The position numbers and the translations under genes were made by a program. Source: Octopus vulgaris (taxonomy: Eukaryota). From it: a DNA stretch of 64,000 nt. Below are positions 52,237 to 64,000 of this stretch, in pieces; within the stretch, counting starts at the first letter, position 1; every line of letters begins with the position of its first letter. Below the pieces are notes generated by a model. It ran no database searches. It saw nothing but the letters and a program-made list of their open reading frames with translations, and had not been told where the DNA came from. The stretch spans positions 65,100,001 to 65,164,000 of the forward strand of contig OX597831.1 in NCBI GenBank assembly GCA_951406725.2, in the 5' to 3' direction.

Positions 52237-52573
52237 TGGGGACTCCTTCGGTCATGACTGACCATGGGATTGCACCTAGAAAGTTACCCTCCCAGGCACA
52301 AGTCTGGGCAAGATTGTTTATGGAAAAACCAGCAGTCGCCCATGCATACTGGCCTCCCCTCTCCACGCCACCAGTGTTATCCAAGGGAAAGGCAAAGGGG
52401 TCGATACAGCTTGGCACCTGTGACGTCGCAACTCATTTCTACAGCTGAGTGAACTGGAGCAACGTGAAATAAAGTGTCTTGCTCAAGAACACAACACGTA
52501 GCCCGGTCTGGGATTCAAACTCACAAACTCACGATCATAAGCTCGACGCTCTAACCACTAAGCCATGTGCTTT
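52237..52573 (-). mobile_element. tRNA-derived SINE family 4
   Basis: Reverse complement of 50998-51335. Confidence 0.8.
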
Positions 52574-53082
52574 CAACTCTGGTACCAAACATATAACGCA
52601 ATTCTTTGCTATCTGTGCAACTATCACTCATATTGTGAAATTTTAATAGATTATTTAACCTTTTACAAATGATAAAACAATGTGACATCTAGCATCAAAA
52701 TCAAAACATGCAATGTTAGTATTTCTTGTTTCTTTAGAGACCATTTCCTAGAATGTTACAGTCATTATGCTTTTGAAAAAGCAAGTTGCAATGAAAGGGT
52801 TAAAATGTTGAGGTTATTTTTTAATCTGTTAAACAAAACATCAAGTAAAATAGATGCACCTTAACTGCAGTTAGACCTTTACAACAGGCACTACCCATTA
52901 AACACTGAAATAAAAGTTGTGAGAAATAAGCGTTAGAATCAATAAAGGGAACAAAGTGTTTCTCACTTTTGTCTAAGCCTATGGAAATCGGAAAAAACAG
53001 AAAAGCCAATATTTAAGTTTGCCTATTCATCTCTAATTCACTAAATTTCCATACTGGTAGCATGAAGGGAGCTGATCCACTG

Positions 53083-53272
53083 GGTGAGCGAGTGAGTGAG
53101 AGTGTGTGTGGGCGAGCGAGTGAGTGAGAGCGAGTGGGCGAGCAAGTGAGAGTGTGTGGGCGAGAGAGTGAGTGAGAGTGTGGGTGGGCGAGCGAGTGAG
53201 TGAGAGTGTGTGGGCAAGCAGGTGAGTGTGTGGCCGAGCGAGTGAGCGAGGGCGAGTAAGTGAGAGTGAGTC
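53083..53272. repeat. Low-complexity GAGT/GAGC/GTGG tandem repeat
   Basis: Visible gagtgagtgagagtgtgtgggcga units. Confidence 0.85.
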
Positions 53273-53704
53273 CCACCCAATTTGTCATGTGTATATCTAT
53301 AAATGCAGTACTGCTAAATGAACTCCACCAACATCCCCATTTCATAAAGAATAGATAAACTTGTATGCATCAGTACTATACTTTTTTTTTTGCTGGCTAT
53401 CATACTCAAAGTGTGAATGCTAACCTCTGGACAAATTACTCTCAAAACATTGTCACATCCAATTTTATTCTGATGTTGCTACACCAAATAGTGCTTTCAC
53501 ATAACCAATGGAAGACTAAAATGTTATACAAGTTATAAAAAAAAAAAAGAATTTTCCTTAAAAAATGTAATCCACATGAAAAAAATTAGCAAATGTCAAT
53601 CATAGTAATTTCAAATTTGCTAAAACTTAGGGGGGGAAAAAAAAAAATTGTATTCAACTAGGTGGGAAATATGAATTAAATATTAAAGATGACAATGTAT
53701 ATTA

Positions 53705-54455
53705 AAGACTAGCAGTATAGCCCAGCTTTGCTCGAGATTAAGGTAGGATTATTAAACTAATCAAGCTCTTTATTTCAAACCAAACTAAGTAACAACAATG
53801 TCAAATTTGAGCGAAATCCATTGAAATTGGTAAACTTTCAGCTGAAAATGAGTTGCTGACAATTAGATTGGGAGATCCCATAAGGAATCGGTTTATCGAT
53901 TTTTTTCCACTCATCGATTTTCTTTTTCGTTTTTTGAGAACTTAGAGCATTCAAAGATCCCATGAGTCCTAAGTAATGCTGGCATCAAGTTTGAACAAAA
54001 TACATCAAAACTGCTAAATACATCAAAATTGTTGAAAATGGGGTGTAGCCAATTTTATTGGTTAGTCCTATAAGGAATCAGTTTATCAATTTTCTTTTTA
54101 TCCTGATTAAATAGAAAACCCAATAAGGAATCAGGTTATTGATTTTTCACTCCAAATAGGACTTAACCGAACACAACATTGCTGATTCAAAAACATCAAT
54201 ATTTATACTTTAAAGTTGGTTTTCATACCCAACCCAGCTCTGCAGAATCAGTGTCGCGACAGGAACACATGGGTTGGGAGTTTGATCGGCAGAGGTGATC
54301 AGGTTCCATATGCCAACCCTTTTGAAAACACCACCCCCATCATGTAACCCCACTTTGCCCATGGGTTGGGAACCCTTCCAGCAAGGAAAATAGAATGCCC
54401 AAAAGGTCCCCCCGATCCTCTGTGTGAGAAGCTGTTATGTTCAGATCACAACTAA

Positions 54456-54489
<34 letters not shown>

Positions 54490-55097
54490 GGGCAACACAC
54501 AAACATATACGTACATACGCCTATTGCATACGTTTTTTTGTACGCCCTTGCCCCTGCCCCTCCCCTACACAAGTAATACCATAAATTGAAGCAAATTTGG
54601 CACCAGGACGTAAGTTTTGTAAGAGGAATAGAGAGACCTACCTTCTCCCACAGAAATGTAAGAGTCAGATCTCTCCTTTTGAAAACACAGTTTCGAAACA
54701 TTGTTTACAAAATAATAGTTGATTGTTTGCGAAAAAGCGTGTCTCGGGCAGCACACACTGCATACCTGTGTTTTGTACGCATACATGTTCGTTCACACAT
54801 AACCCCAATCTGTGTTTTTGCCTCTCAGTCACTCACTAACAAGACAAAAAAAAATCTCTCATTGCTAGAAGGGGACTTAACTCATATTTGCAAATAGTGT
54901 ATTTCTCTGGCTTGAAATTTGTTAGAAGTTATTTTTACCGCCATTCACTGGTGCCTTGGGGAAAAATAATTTGACGAAAATACAGCTAGGATTGTGACAA
55001 AGGTCCTCCTAAAATTTGAGCGACAGGTGTGCTAATTTGTGGATTTGCATAAACTACATTCACGTACACACATCCTGCCTTTTATATATACAGATTT
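53705..55097 (+). mobile_element. Possible non-autonomous Helentron/DINE-like element
   Basis: Begins actagcagtatagcccagctttgctcg and ends ttttatatatacagatt; three internal taaggaatc(g/a)g(t/g)ttat subrepeats. Confidence 0.45.
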
Positions 55098-55448
55098 GTT
55101 TGAAGAAATTAAAACTTATCTACATTTATAAATCGATAATACATTGATTAAATTCATTGCTGGTACCACTAAAACTTTAGATTTGAAAAGATATAAAATA
55201 ATCTGATCTTCACCATTAAAATAGATTTTGAAAAAGATAAATGCTAATTGCAATAAAGGCATTCTACTGCAAAAAAGAAAAAAAAAAAAAAGACTGTCAA
55301 ATTGTAAATAACCAACCACAAAATTTAGAAGCCATTGTGAAAAGGTTTCAAATCTATTTTGAAGGAATTGAATGAAAGCATTTAAAATGTCAGTGACACC
55401 TGTGCTCTGGAATACAGATATGGTTAATAAATGTTGATAATTTAAGAT

Positions 55449-55666
55449 TTAACCCATTAGCAATTAAACCGGCCATAAGTATTCTGCCTGTTCTATGTCC
55501 AAACTGGCCAGATCTGGTCTCTCAGACCAACCCTACAATATTGTTTTAAAAATTAATAGCTACCTCATCAAAATCTCATAGCTACAAGATAATGTATGAT
55601 TAGTTCAAAACAATGTGGATGAAAAGCATTAATTTGGGCAGAATAATGCGAACACTAAAGGCTTAA
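55449..55666 (+). mobile_element. piggyBac-like MITE; related copies at 24780-24998 and about 37600-37820 (-)
   Basis: TTAA-CCC...GG(C)-TTAA ends; shared interior. Confidence 0.5.
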
Positions 55667-55834
55667 ATATTAAAATTAATTTTTTTAAATCGCTTTATGT
55701 GTTAATTATTCCAAAGTATTTTCAGCCACTGAAAAAAAAACTGGCCCTTTACTTTAAAAACACTGGCCAAAAAATAGACCCCTCGGTGAAAAACTGATTT
55801 ATCAAAAGGTCATTTCACCAACATTTTTAAAACC

Positions 55835-56010
55835 AAATTGGTAAAAGAGTTGGATCGTAAAGTAGTGAACGGCACATTAGAACCAATTAATCACAGAATT
55901 GGGGCTGTGCCATCTGTCACTATTTGGAAACCAAATGGCAGAGTTCACATCTGTTCCATTTTAAGCTCACTATCAAACAGGCTGAAGAAGATAGCCACCC
56001 AATGCCTAGA
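55835..56010 (+). mobile_element. Ty3/Gypsy RT relic; similar relic at about 40250-40490
   Basis: VKELDR..NGTLEPINH..AVPSVTIWKPNGRVHIC and [12 protein letters not shown] resemble Gypsy RT motifs. Confidence 0.5.
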
Positions 56011-56644
56011 TGTGTTTGACTATTCCATAAACGGTACAGTAAAAAATCCCAATTTTACAGAAAAATTAAAAATTACTGATGATACATAAACTTATTGGGC
56101 TTTATAAGTAGAAAATGTCATTTGGAATTCCTAGTGCATATCTTGTTAATCAAATCTTGTTTAGAATGAATCATTGTCAGGCATGTCTGGGCAATATCAT
56201 CACGATGACAATATCGCCCAGATATCATTTTAGTGATGAATAAAGAATACTTAATCAGTTAACAACATTATGGTTTACAGTATCAAAGAAAAATTCAACT
56301 TTTTGCACAAGGTTAATCATTTTAGTTATATTAGTGCATTTGGTAAAAAAAAATTACCAATTCCAAAAATGCATATTAAGTATTGGCAATCATTTCAACA
56401 GAATAGTTAGTGTACTGTTTTGTAATTTAATGGAAAGTAACTTAGCACTGAAACAATAAGTGAAATGAAATTTTAGCACAAGAGATGTGTGAGCAGTTGG
56501 TGTTTAGGGTGGGGCTGTTAGATGAATAAAGAGTTAAATGTACATTGGCACACTCATCTAAAACATTGGATGTACATGCATGGCGATATTCACAAATAGA
56601 AGGATTATATAAATTTAATCAATTCTTCTATAGTTACTTTGAGT

Positions 56645-57136
56645 TAGAGTGGCTGTATACTGTCAACATAACGTGACAGTCCTGTAAAGGGAATTACACC
56701 ACCACTATTTAGCCCTAGGAAGCATCAACGCTTCCTGTCGGCTTTGACACATTTCCTGTGTCCTTATATTTGCAAAGGGGAGGCAAGCACCCCCACCAGC
56801 TAGAACTAGCAACCTGAAGACATGCATGTTTCTGGCAGGTATCTCAACTAGCAGGACTTGCTACCCTGGACTGATGACAGGCAAGACCCAGAAACATGCA
56901 TGTCTTCAGGTTGCTAGTTCTAGCTGGTGGAGGTGCTTGCCTCCCCTTTACGAATATAAGGACACAGGAAATGTGTCAAAGCCGACAGGAAGCGTCAATG
57001 CTTCCTAGGGCTAAATAGTGGTGGTATAATTCCCTTTACGGGACTGTCACGTTATGTTGACTTTATACAACCACTCTATCGCTCCACCACCGCTCATGTC
57101 TCTTTGAGACATTTAGAAATTCAATATTTCTAATTA
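56645..57136. mobile_element. Penelope-like/retrozyme-like element with ~190-bp inverted arms (56645-56835 and 56888-57078)
   Basis: Arms are near-perfect reverse complements; hammerhead motif spans the spacer and right arm; a further copy lies at 30312-30501. Confidence 0.6.
56846..56919 (+). ncRNA. Type-I hammerhead ribozyme motif with weak stem II, inside an inverted repeat
   Basis: CCUGGA-CUGAUGA-caggcaagaccca-GAAA-CAUGCAUG-UC-UUCAGG; distal stem I AACUAGCA/UGCUAGUU. Confidence 0.65.
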
Positions 57137-57983
57137 CTTTGAATTAATCATTAAAGAAATCCCTAATAAACATTCTCAAATAAAGATCTACCAGTACATA
57201 AGAGATCTCAATGATTGCAACATTTGGCATCCTCAAGACTGCTGACTGGTCCTGACTACAAGTTTGATGTAAATCATAATCAGTCTATCTAGAGTCAAAA
57301 CATTAAATTGTTAAAAGTCAATAGAATGCGAGAAAAAACTGATTTAGCCTTGAAATCTGATATCAATATGGCTTTTTATTAATTCATTAAATGATAGGCC
57401 AAAAAGCTAAATACTGATGATAAACATCAAAGAGAAAAATTGAATAAAATGTGACGTCATTACACAGGAATTTATTAATCTGCAGTTCAATTTTCATGGG
57501 TAATTATTCCAAAAATTTTACAAAATAAAAATTCAATTGAGTTGTATGAAGGGTATTTGAGCATGGTTTAATTGAAACAAATGAGTTGCAGATGCTGCTG
57601 CTGAGGAAAAAAAATAGATGCAATAGTCATGTTATGTTGCTGATATGACAAAGAATGGTTAAAAAAAAAAAAATTCTGCACCATGGCAATGAATACTATT
57701 AACTATAGTGGACCAAACCATTTAATGATAAAATGTGGTTTATTATCATAGATTTGTTTTCAGAATTTCCATACATTACACTGTCAATAAGTAATGAAAT
57801 ATTGAGAATGGTCCATAAAACTTCACCATTGCTGGACTACTCAAAAAAACAAAACGAACAATTATATCTAGGCACAGCCATAGGTGTATGGTAAAAAGTT
57901 TGGTTCCCAACTATATATCTTCAGATTCAGTTGTGGGCAAGTTGCTTTTTTTAACCCCAGGTAGACAGGAACTGAAAGAAGCT

Positions 57984-58014
<31 letters not shown>

Positions 58015-60003
58015 GAAGCATGCGTGTGTGCGTGTTTGTTTTACTGTCTCCTTGCCTTGGCACTATGTGACAGTGGCAAATTAGTGTCACCCTCATACAA
58101 GTGATGTCAGTTTCCAATCTTCCATGGAAAACATGCCTGGTCATGGGAAGGTATTATCTTGCTTGAAAACAAGAGAGAGTTGGCAACAGGAAGAACAATT
58201 GACAGTATAGAAAATTCATCTCAGCAAAATTCCATCCTATCCATGTGAGCATGGAGATGTAGATGTTAAAACAGAAGATGGTGACCTATAACCGACCCAC
58301 ATAAGCATGGAAAAATTAAGTGTAAAATTATGAAACTAAAATTACATCATGTGAAAACAATTTTGCAGAGTCCTTTATTTGAAAAAGGAATTCAAAAAGC
58401 ATGGCATGAAAATCCTTCATTAGTGGAAAGACAATCAGATTAATCTCATACTATTCTGCCCTACATCTAGCACTGAAAGAAGAGAGAAAAGAAAAATTAC
58501 TAGCAGTGTGCTGCACAGCCAACAGCTAAAGACAATTATATCGTTATTACTGTAACTAACCTATGATCAAATGAAGGCCAGACAATAGCAATAAGTTAAA
58601 CATTTGGTGTGGATTATTGAAAAGTAAATGGATTTGTGAAAATTAAGAAATTTGGCTCAATAGCAGACTTGATTAAAATAGACAGATTCTGGTTACAGGA
58701 TTGCCCAGTGTCATTGCTGACACTGACTAAGTACACAGACGAATTCAATGACTGGTTGTTGCATGAAGCAGATTGAATAATCACCACCATTGCCACTTGC
58801 TGATTACGATTTATAACCAGTGTCACATTTGCCACAATTACACGGATGCATTAAGTGGTGACAAGTGTATACTTGCCATCATCAATTAAACATCAAGATA
58901 AAGTATTGCTATCTAGATTGTGCATTGAAATTTGAACCATTTATCAACACATTGAGTATGAAATTCATAACGCATGGTTTTTGTGCAGCCATGATTGGAG
59001 CTTCTGTTTTCCTCCTCCAAAACCATGATCAAGACCCTGAAGCAGGTCAGTGGTGCTGCAACTCCTGATGAACTCAGGAACTCTGATGATGCAACATTGG
59101 TATAAGGTACATCTATCATTGTACTCAACTCAAATTACATCAATATATGTAATTTCAGTCTTCATACCAGACAGAGTGTAAGTACCTTGAGAGAAAAGTT
59201 GGACCTAAGAAGCATCAGATGCGGTGGCATGTAAAAGAACCATCCGAGCATGGCCGTTCGCCAGCCTCGTCTGGCACCTGTGTTGGTGGTACGTAAAAAG
59301 CACCCACTACACTCACAGGGTGGTTGGTGTTAGGAAGGGCATCCAGCTGTAGAAACACTGCCAGATCTGACTGGCCTGGTGCAGCCTTCAGGCTTCCCAG
59401 ACCCCAGTTGAACCGTCCAACCCATGCTAGCATGGAGAACGGACGTTAAATGATGATGATGATGATATGATGAGAAGATAGTTGAAAGACATAAAAAAAA
59501 ATAAAGTGGTCATCACTAAGGCCATCCTTTCCAACCATGACTTCATGCATGATATATTACCTTCACATCCATGGTTCTGGTTTTCCACCCAGTTTTCTTT
59601 TTACCACGTTTAATATCTTTTCTCATTTAAGTATTTACTACTGATATTTCTGGTTGCACATCTAAGCTCTTCACTTACCTAAAATACTTTTCTAATCTCA
59701 TTATTCCTAGGTAACTTGATCCGTTATGCAGAGTACTCTGTACCTTGTTCTTTTCTCGGCAGTCAGCTGAGTAGGATTAGTTGTCTTGTTTTTATAATTA
59801 TCCTGTATTACTAGTACAGTTTGTTGAGAAGAGAATTATTACATTTTGTATAATGTATTTTGTCCACACACAATGTATGCATTATCATCATTTTAACATT
59901 CATTTCTCTATGCTTGCATGTATCAGACAAATTCACTGAGGAAGTTTCTCTTAGCCAACCCTCACCTGTTTCTAAGAAACTTATTTCCCTATGACCACAC
60001 ATA

Positions 60004-60868
60004 CAGGGTGTAATGGGCCGATTATCACCTTTTTATATTTTTAATTTGGCACATGTGCATTGTTTTTGATTTTGTCAACTACACAGTATTACTATACTGT
60101 GTAGTTGGGCACCATCTGTGAGAACAACAGCACCATGATGCAATGCACTGCCAGAAATTTGAAAACGACATGGTACTGCTCAGTATTCATACCAAAAGGT
60201 CCAATATGAACAGATAGTGAACACACAGAACAACCATTGGTTTGCCATGTCCCCAAAACATCGAAAATGATAAAAATCGAACATCCAGTCAACATCATGG
60301 TATTTGCAATGATCACTAGTGTTGTTGATGTTATGCCTCCATTCATCTTCCCACATGGCCTCACACTCAACACAGACCTACATCAAGTGCCTAAAAGAGG
60401 TACTGCTGCCCTGGATCAAGAGGGTGGCTGCTGGAAGACCCTATGTCTGGCAACAGGACTCTGCACCATGCCACACAAGCAGGAGAACCCAGTTATGGCT
60501 GTCAAACAATTTCTACTACCACATCACCCTTAACAACTGGCCACCTAACTCCCCAGACTGCAACCCCCTTGATTATTATGCGTAGGGCACAGTTGAGCAA
60601 GAGACCAACAAAACTCCTCGTAACACCAAAGATGAACTGAAGGCAAGGATTATGGCAGCATTCACCAACTTAAACAAGGAGACCATCCAGAACAGGAGAT
60701 TCTGAAGTCATCTGGAGGCCATGGCTGAAGCTGAAGACAAATTTTATTGAATAAATTTACTCTTTAGTATTTCAAGATATGTAATTTTGGTAAATATTTC
60801 TGTTAAAATGAGATGTCAGTGTTATTTTCATCTTTGTGTAATTTAGACAAAATATTCACTGTACCCTG
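60004..60868 (+). mobile_element. maT/DD37D (Tc1-mariner superfamily) transposon relic
   Basis: TA-CAGGGT...ACCCTG-TA ends; WQQDSAPCH...WPPNSPDCNPLDY with 37 residues between the two Asp; frameshift and stop present. Confidence 0.8.
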
Positions 60869-63084
60869 TATTTTTGAAAGACTTGAAACAAACAACATTG
60901 CTCATATGAGGGTGGTGCTTGTTTACAACTAATAAACATCAAGGATACACGTATTATACAATGAGCTTCTTTCAGTTTCTGCTTACCAAATCCATCCACA
61001 AGACTTTAGTTGGCCTGGAAGTAGAAGACACTTGCCCAAGGTACAGCACAGTGGGACTCAACACAAAACTACACAATTCAGAAGCAAGCTTCTTAACACA
61101 CAGATTTGTAACAGGCATTTCATTTGCATCTTTGGTACAAGTGATGAAGGTGCCATGCAACTAAATGATCCCAACTGAATGAAGATGAAGAACAGCTTTT
61201 AGGTATACAACAGTTGTATAAATTTTATTTTATTTTTGTGGTTATCAATCCAAGTGAAAATACTGACTTCTGGAAGAATTCTTGAATGAAACCTCAACAC
61301 TTATATCTAATGATTATGAAAGTGTTACAAACTGGAACTTATTTCTATGTTGATACAACAAAATGCAAGTTATGTCTTGGCAAGTGACACAATACCTTGC
61401 TGCAATTGTAGTGCAGTACCTTGAGATACATTTATAAAGCAAACTAATCTAAGAACGAGCAGTTTAGTGGCTACATCACTAAGCAACAGTAAACCTAAAG
61501 TGCTAGTGATGACAGCATTAAGTATTGTATATTAAAAGAAAACGGTATAAATTATCAGTGGTTCACAGGAAATGAAAAGAATCAGTACATCAGAGCACAA
61601 GCCAAAAGCTCTGCTTTCTCCTCAAGCACGCATTCTGATGTCTCACTAAATATCACCAGCTACTTCAGATATGCTCACTGATCAACTTTCCACATACTTT
61701 AATGGTACCACTCCTTTGTTAATATATATCTTGCATTTTTGGTATTGCTCAGCTCATGGTTTAAATAACATCTCAGGTATTAATTTTGAACAGTAGGCCT
61801 CATAATTAGCACATTCTAATCAAAATCATCAACTATATGCTCCTTAGCAGCTGCCATATAATCACATTCCATAAAAAACTTCATTACCACAAAAATATAT
61901 TTTTATGAAGAGGGCATAACTTAGCACCCTTTAAATTCAAGTCTTTCTACATCATCCCAGACTAATAAAGAAAAATGATTTGGTATCACTTAGGTTCCTT
62001 TGAATACTAACCAGACAGTGAGATGCCACCACCTTCCTGTTCAGCCACATGGTCCAAGAAATTCTAGTTTGGAATCTATTTCAATGGATTTGATGCTGCT
62101 CAAATTTCAATATTTCCTATGACACCATTTGATCTACCTTGACCAATAGCTGCCCAGTTTCCAGTAGCTATCTTGAACTTTCTATATCTCTCCATTCACC
62201 CACCTGAGCCCAACAAGCTAGGTTCCTGTAATGAGCCTATGAAACTAAGTTGCATGGGATTAAACCAAATTGTTTAAAATTATATACATATGTATACATA
62301 CACATGTATACATACATATGTATCTCATCCTTTAACATCTGCTCTCCATGCTGGTATGGGTTGGACAGTTTGACCAAAGTTGGCAAGCCAGAAAGCAGCA
62401 CCAGGTTTCAGTCCTATTTGGCTGTGTTCCTATGATTGGATGCCTTTTCTAACACCAACTACTTTACAATATGCTGGGTGCTTTTAACATGGCACACACA
62501 CTAAATATATACACTAGAAATACCCTAATAATGGGCTTCTTTCAGTTTCCATCTACCAAATCCATTCACACAAATTTTTTTATAGAAGACACTTGTTCAA
62601 AGTGTCACACAATGGAACTGAATTTGAAATCAGATGTAATGTGAACTTTTAACCACAGCCAAGTCTGCACCTAATGTGTGGATGTATATTATCATTTCAC
62701 ATTGCATTTGATGCCAGTACAAGTCGGCCAAGGGGTTATGAAGAAATTGGTTACCGACTGCACTGCAAAACAGGCGAAGAGAACAACATCTCACTCACAT
62801 TCTATTATTGGTATGGTTTCTCTGCTTGCATTCCCTTGCTGGAACCATATATACATAACCATGTATATACAGAAAATGCTAATTTGGTGGGGTTGTTCTG
62901 TATCCAGTAGGGGATGTATTTTAAAGAAGTTTCAAGGATAACAAAATATTTACTAACTGGGCAGGGTGGATTCAATACTAATAGAGTCAAATTTCCTATA
63001 AACTTAGTTCTAACAAAGATATCAAGTCTTGCTTGATGGCTTATTCAACCAGACTTATGCCACCAGAACAAACATTACTCCTTT

Positions 63085-63452
63085 ATTGGTTTCAGTCATT
63101 TGACTGGCCATGCTGGAGCACCGCCTTTAGTTGAGGAAATCGACCCCCAGGACTTATTCTTTGTAAGCCTTGTACTTATTCTATCGGTCTTGTTTGCCGA
63201 ACCGCTAAGTTACGGGGACGAAAACACACCACCATCGGTTGTCAAGCGATGTTGGAGGGGACAAACACAGACACACAAACACTTATATATACATATATAC
63301 GACGGGCTTCTTTCAGTTTCCGTCTACCAAATCCACTCACAAGGCTTTGGTCGGCCCAAGGCTATAGAAGACACTTGCCCAAGGTGCCACGCAGTGGGAC
63401 TGAACCCAGAACCATGTGGTTGGTAAGCAAGCTACTTACCACACACAGCCAC
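63085..63452 (-). mobile_element. SINE family 1
   Basis: Reverse-complement copy. Confidence 0.8.
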
Positions 63453-64000
63453 TACTGTACCTTTAAAAAAAAAAAAAAATTCACATAATTTTACTTGCAA
63501 GGATTTTCTCCACTGACTTCACCTAAAAAACTGAATCACCAAAACTACATCTAAATTTATTTTGATATAATTTTTCATTCGAAACTAAGAATTTGGTCTG
63601 AACTAACTTCTAATTTTCTCTAGAGTACAGAAGTTCCCTATAAAATACCACTCCCATATCTAAATTATTACACTCATATTAATATCTAAAAGGATACTGA
63701 GAAGTCATACACGTGATCTCTGCTCTCCTATGTTCAGAATCTCACTTCTAGGCTTTCCTCTGCACCTATTGTAAAACTTTTACTTCTGAACATACCAGCT
63801 AGAGTTCATCTTCGCAAAAATTGCCCCACTGCACCTACTTCCTCGCTGCCTTTTCTGACGTTTTCTCCATATACTGAATCAAACATCACCTGTAAATCCT
63901 TTGTTTTGTATCTTTTCTTTCCACACAAATGTGTCTTCGTACAGTAGCCACCCAACATCTTTGGCCTAACAACTAAACCCCTATCAATTCTTACTCATGC

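Noticed and set aside
59060-59095. Two CTGATGA boxes as a hammerhead or C/D snoRNA
   Set aside because: No downstream GAAA with stem III and no convincing terminal stem.
58600-59130. Nested gene from overlapping short ORFs (also 62670-62940 and 10470-11700)
   Set aside because: Stops in all frames and no consistent splice sites; more likely ancient LINE debris.

Overview
Eukaryotic, AT-rich, repeat-dense animal genomic DNA. The SINE/LINE families resemble those of octopus (coleoid cephalopod; inferred, not database-checked). Two pyruvate kinase (PK) genes lie tail-to-tail. (1) The last four exons of a divergent PK paralog are on + (1796-9787). (2) A nearly complete PKM-like gene is on - (10 shared exons from 42768 to 24010; start exon not securely located). 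The main finding is that the minus-strand gene has two homologous, same-phase terminal exons. Exon A (22249-22041) carries the canonical fructose-1,6-bisphosphate (FBP) binding residues. Exon B (16504-16269) is intact but replaces W482 and the GWxxGSGFTNT allosteric loop, suggesting a last-exon switch of PK allostery that parallels, but differs from, vertebrate PKM1/M2 splicing. At least two type-I hammerhead ribozyme motifs with palindromic stem III are also present: 34769-34850 (-), sense within a PK intron, and 56846-56919 (+), inside a Penelope-like inverted repeat. Other content includes a ~260-nt fold-back hairpin, Merlin-like MITEs carrying telomeric repeats, Chapaev3, maT/DD37D, mariner and hAT relics, and many SINEs and LINE fragments. 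Exon coordinates were read by hand from GT/AG junctions and checked for phase; repeat boundaries are approximate.
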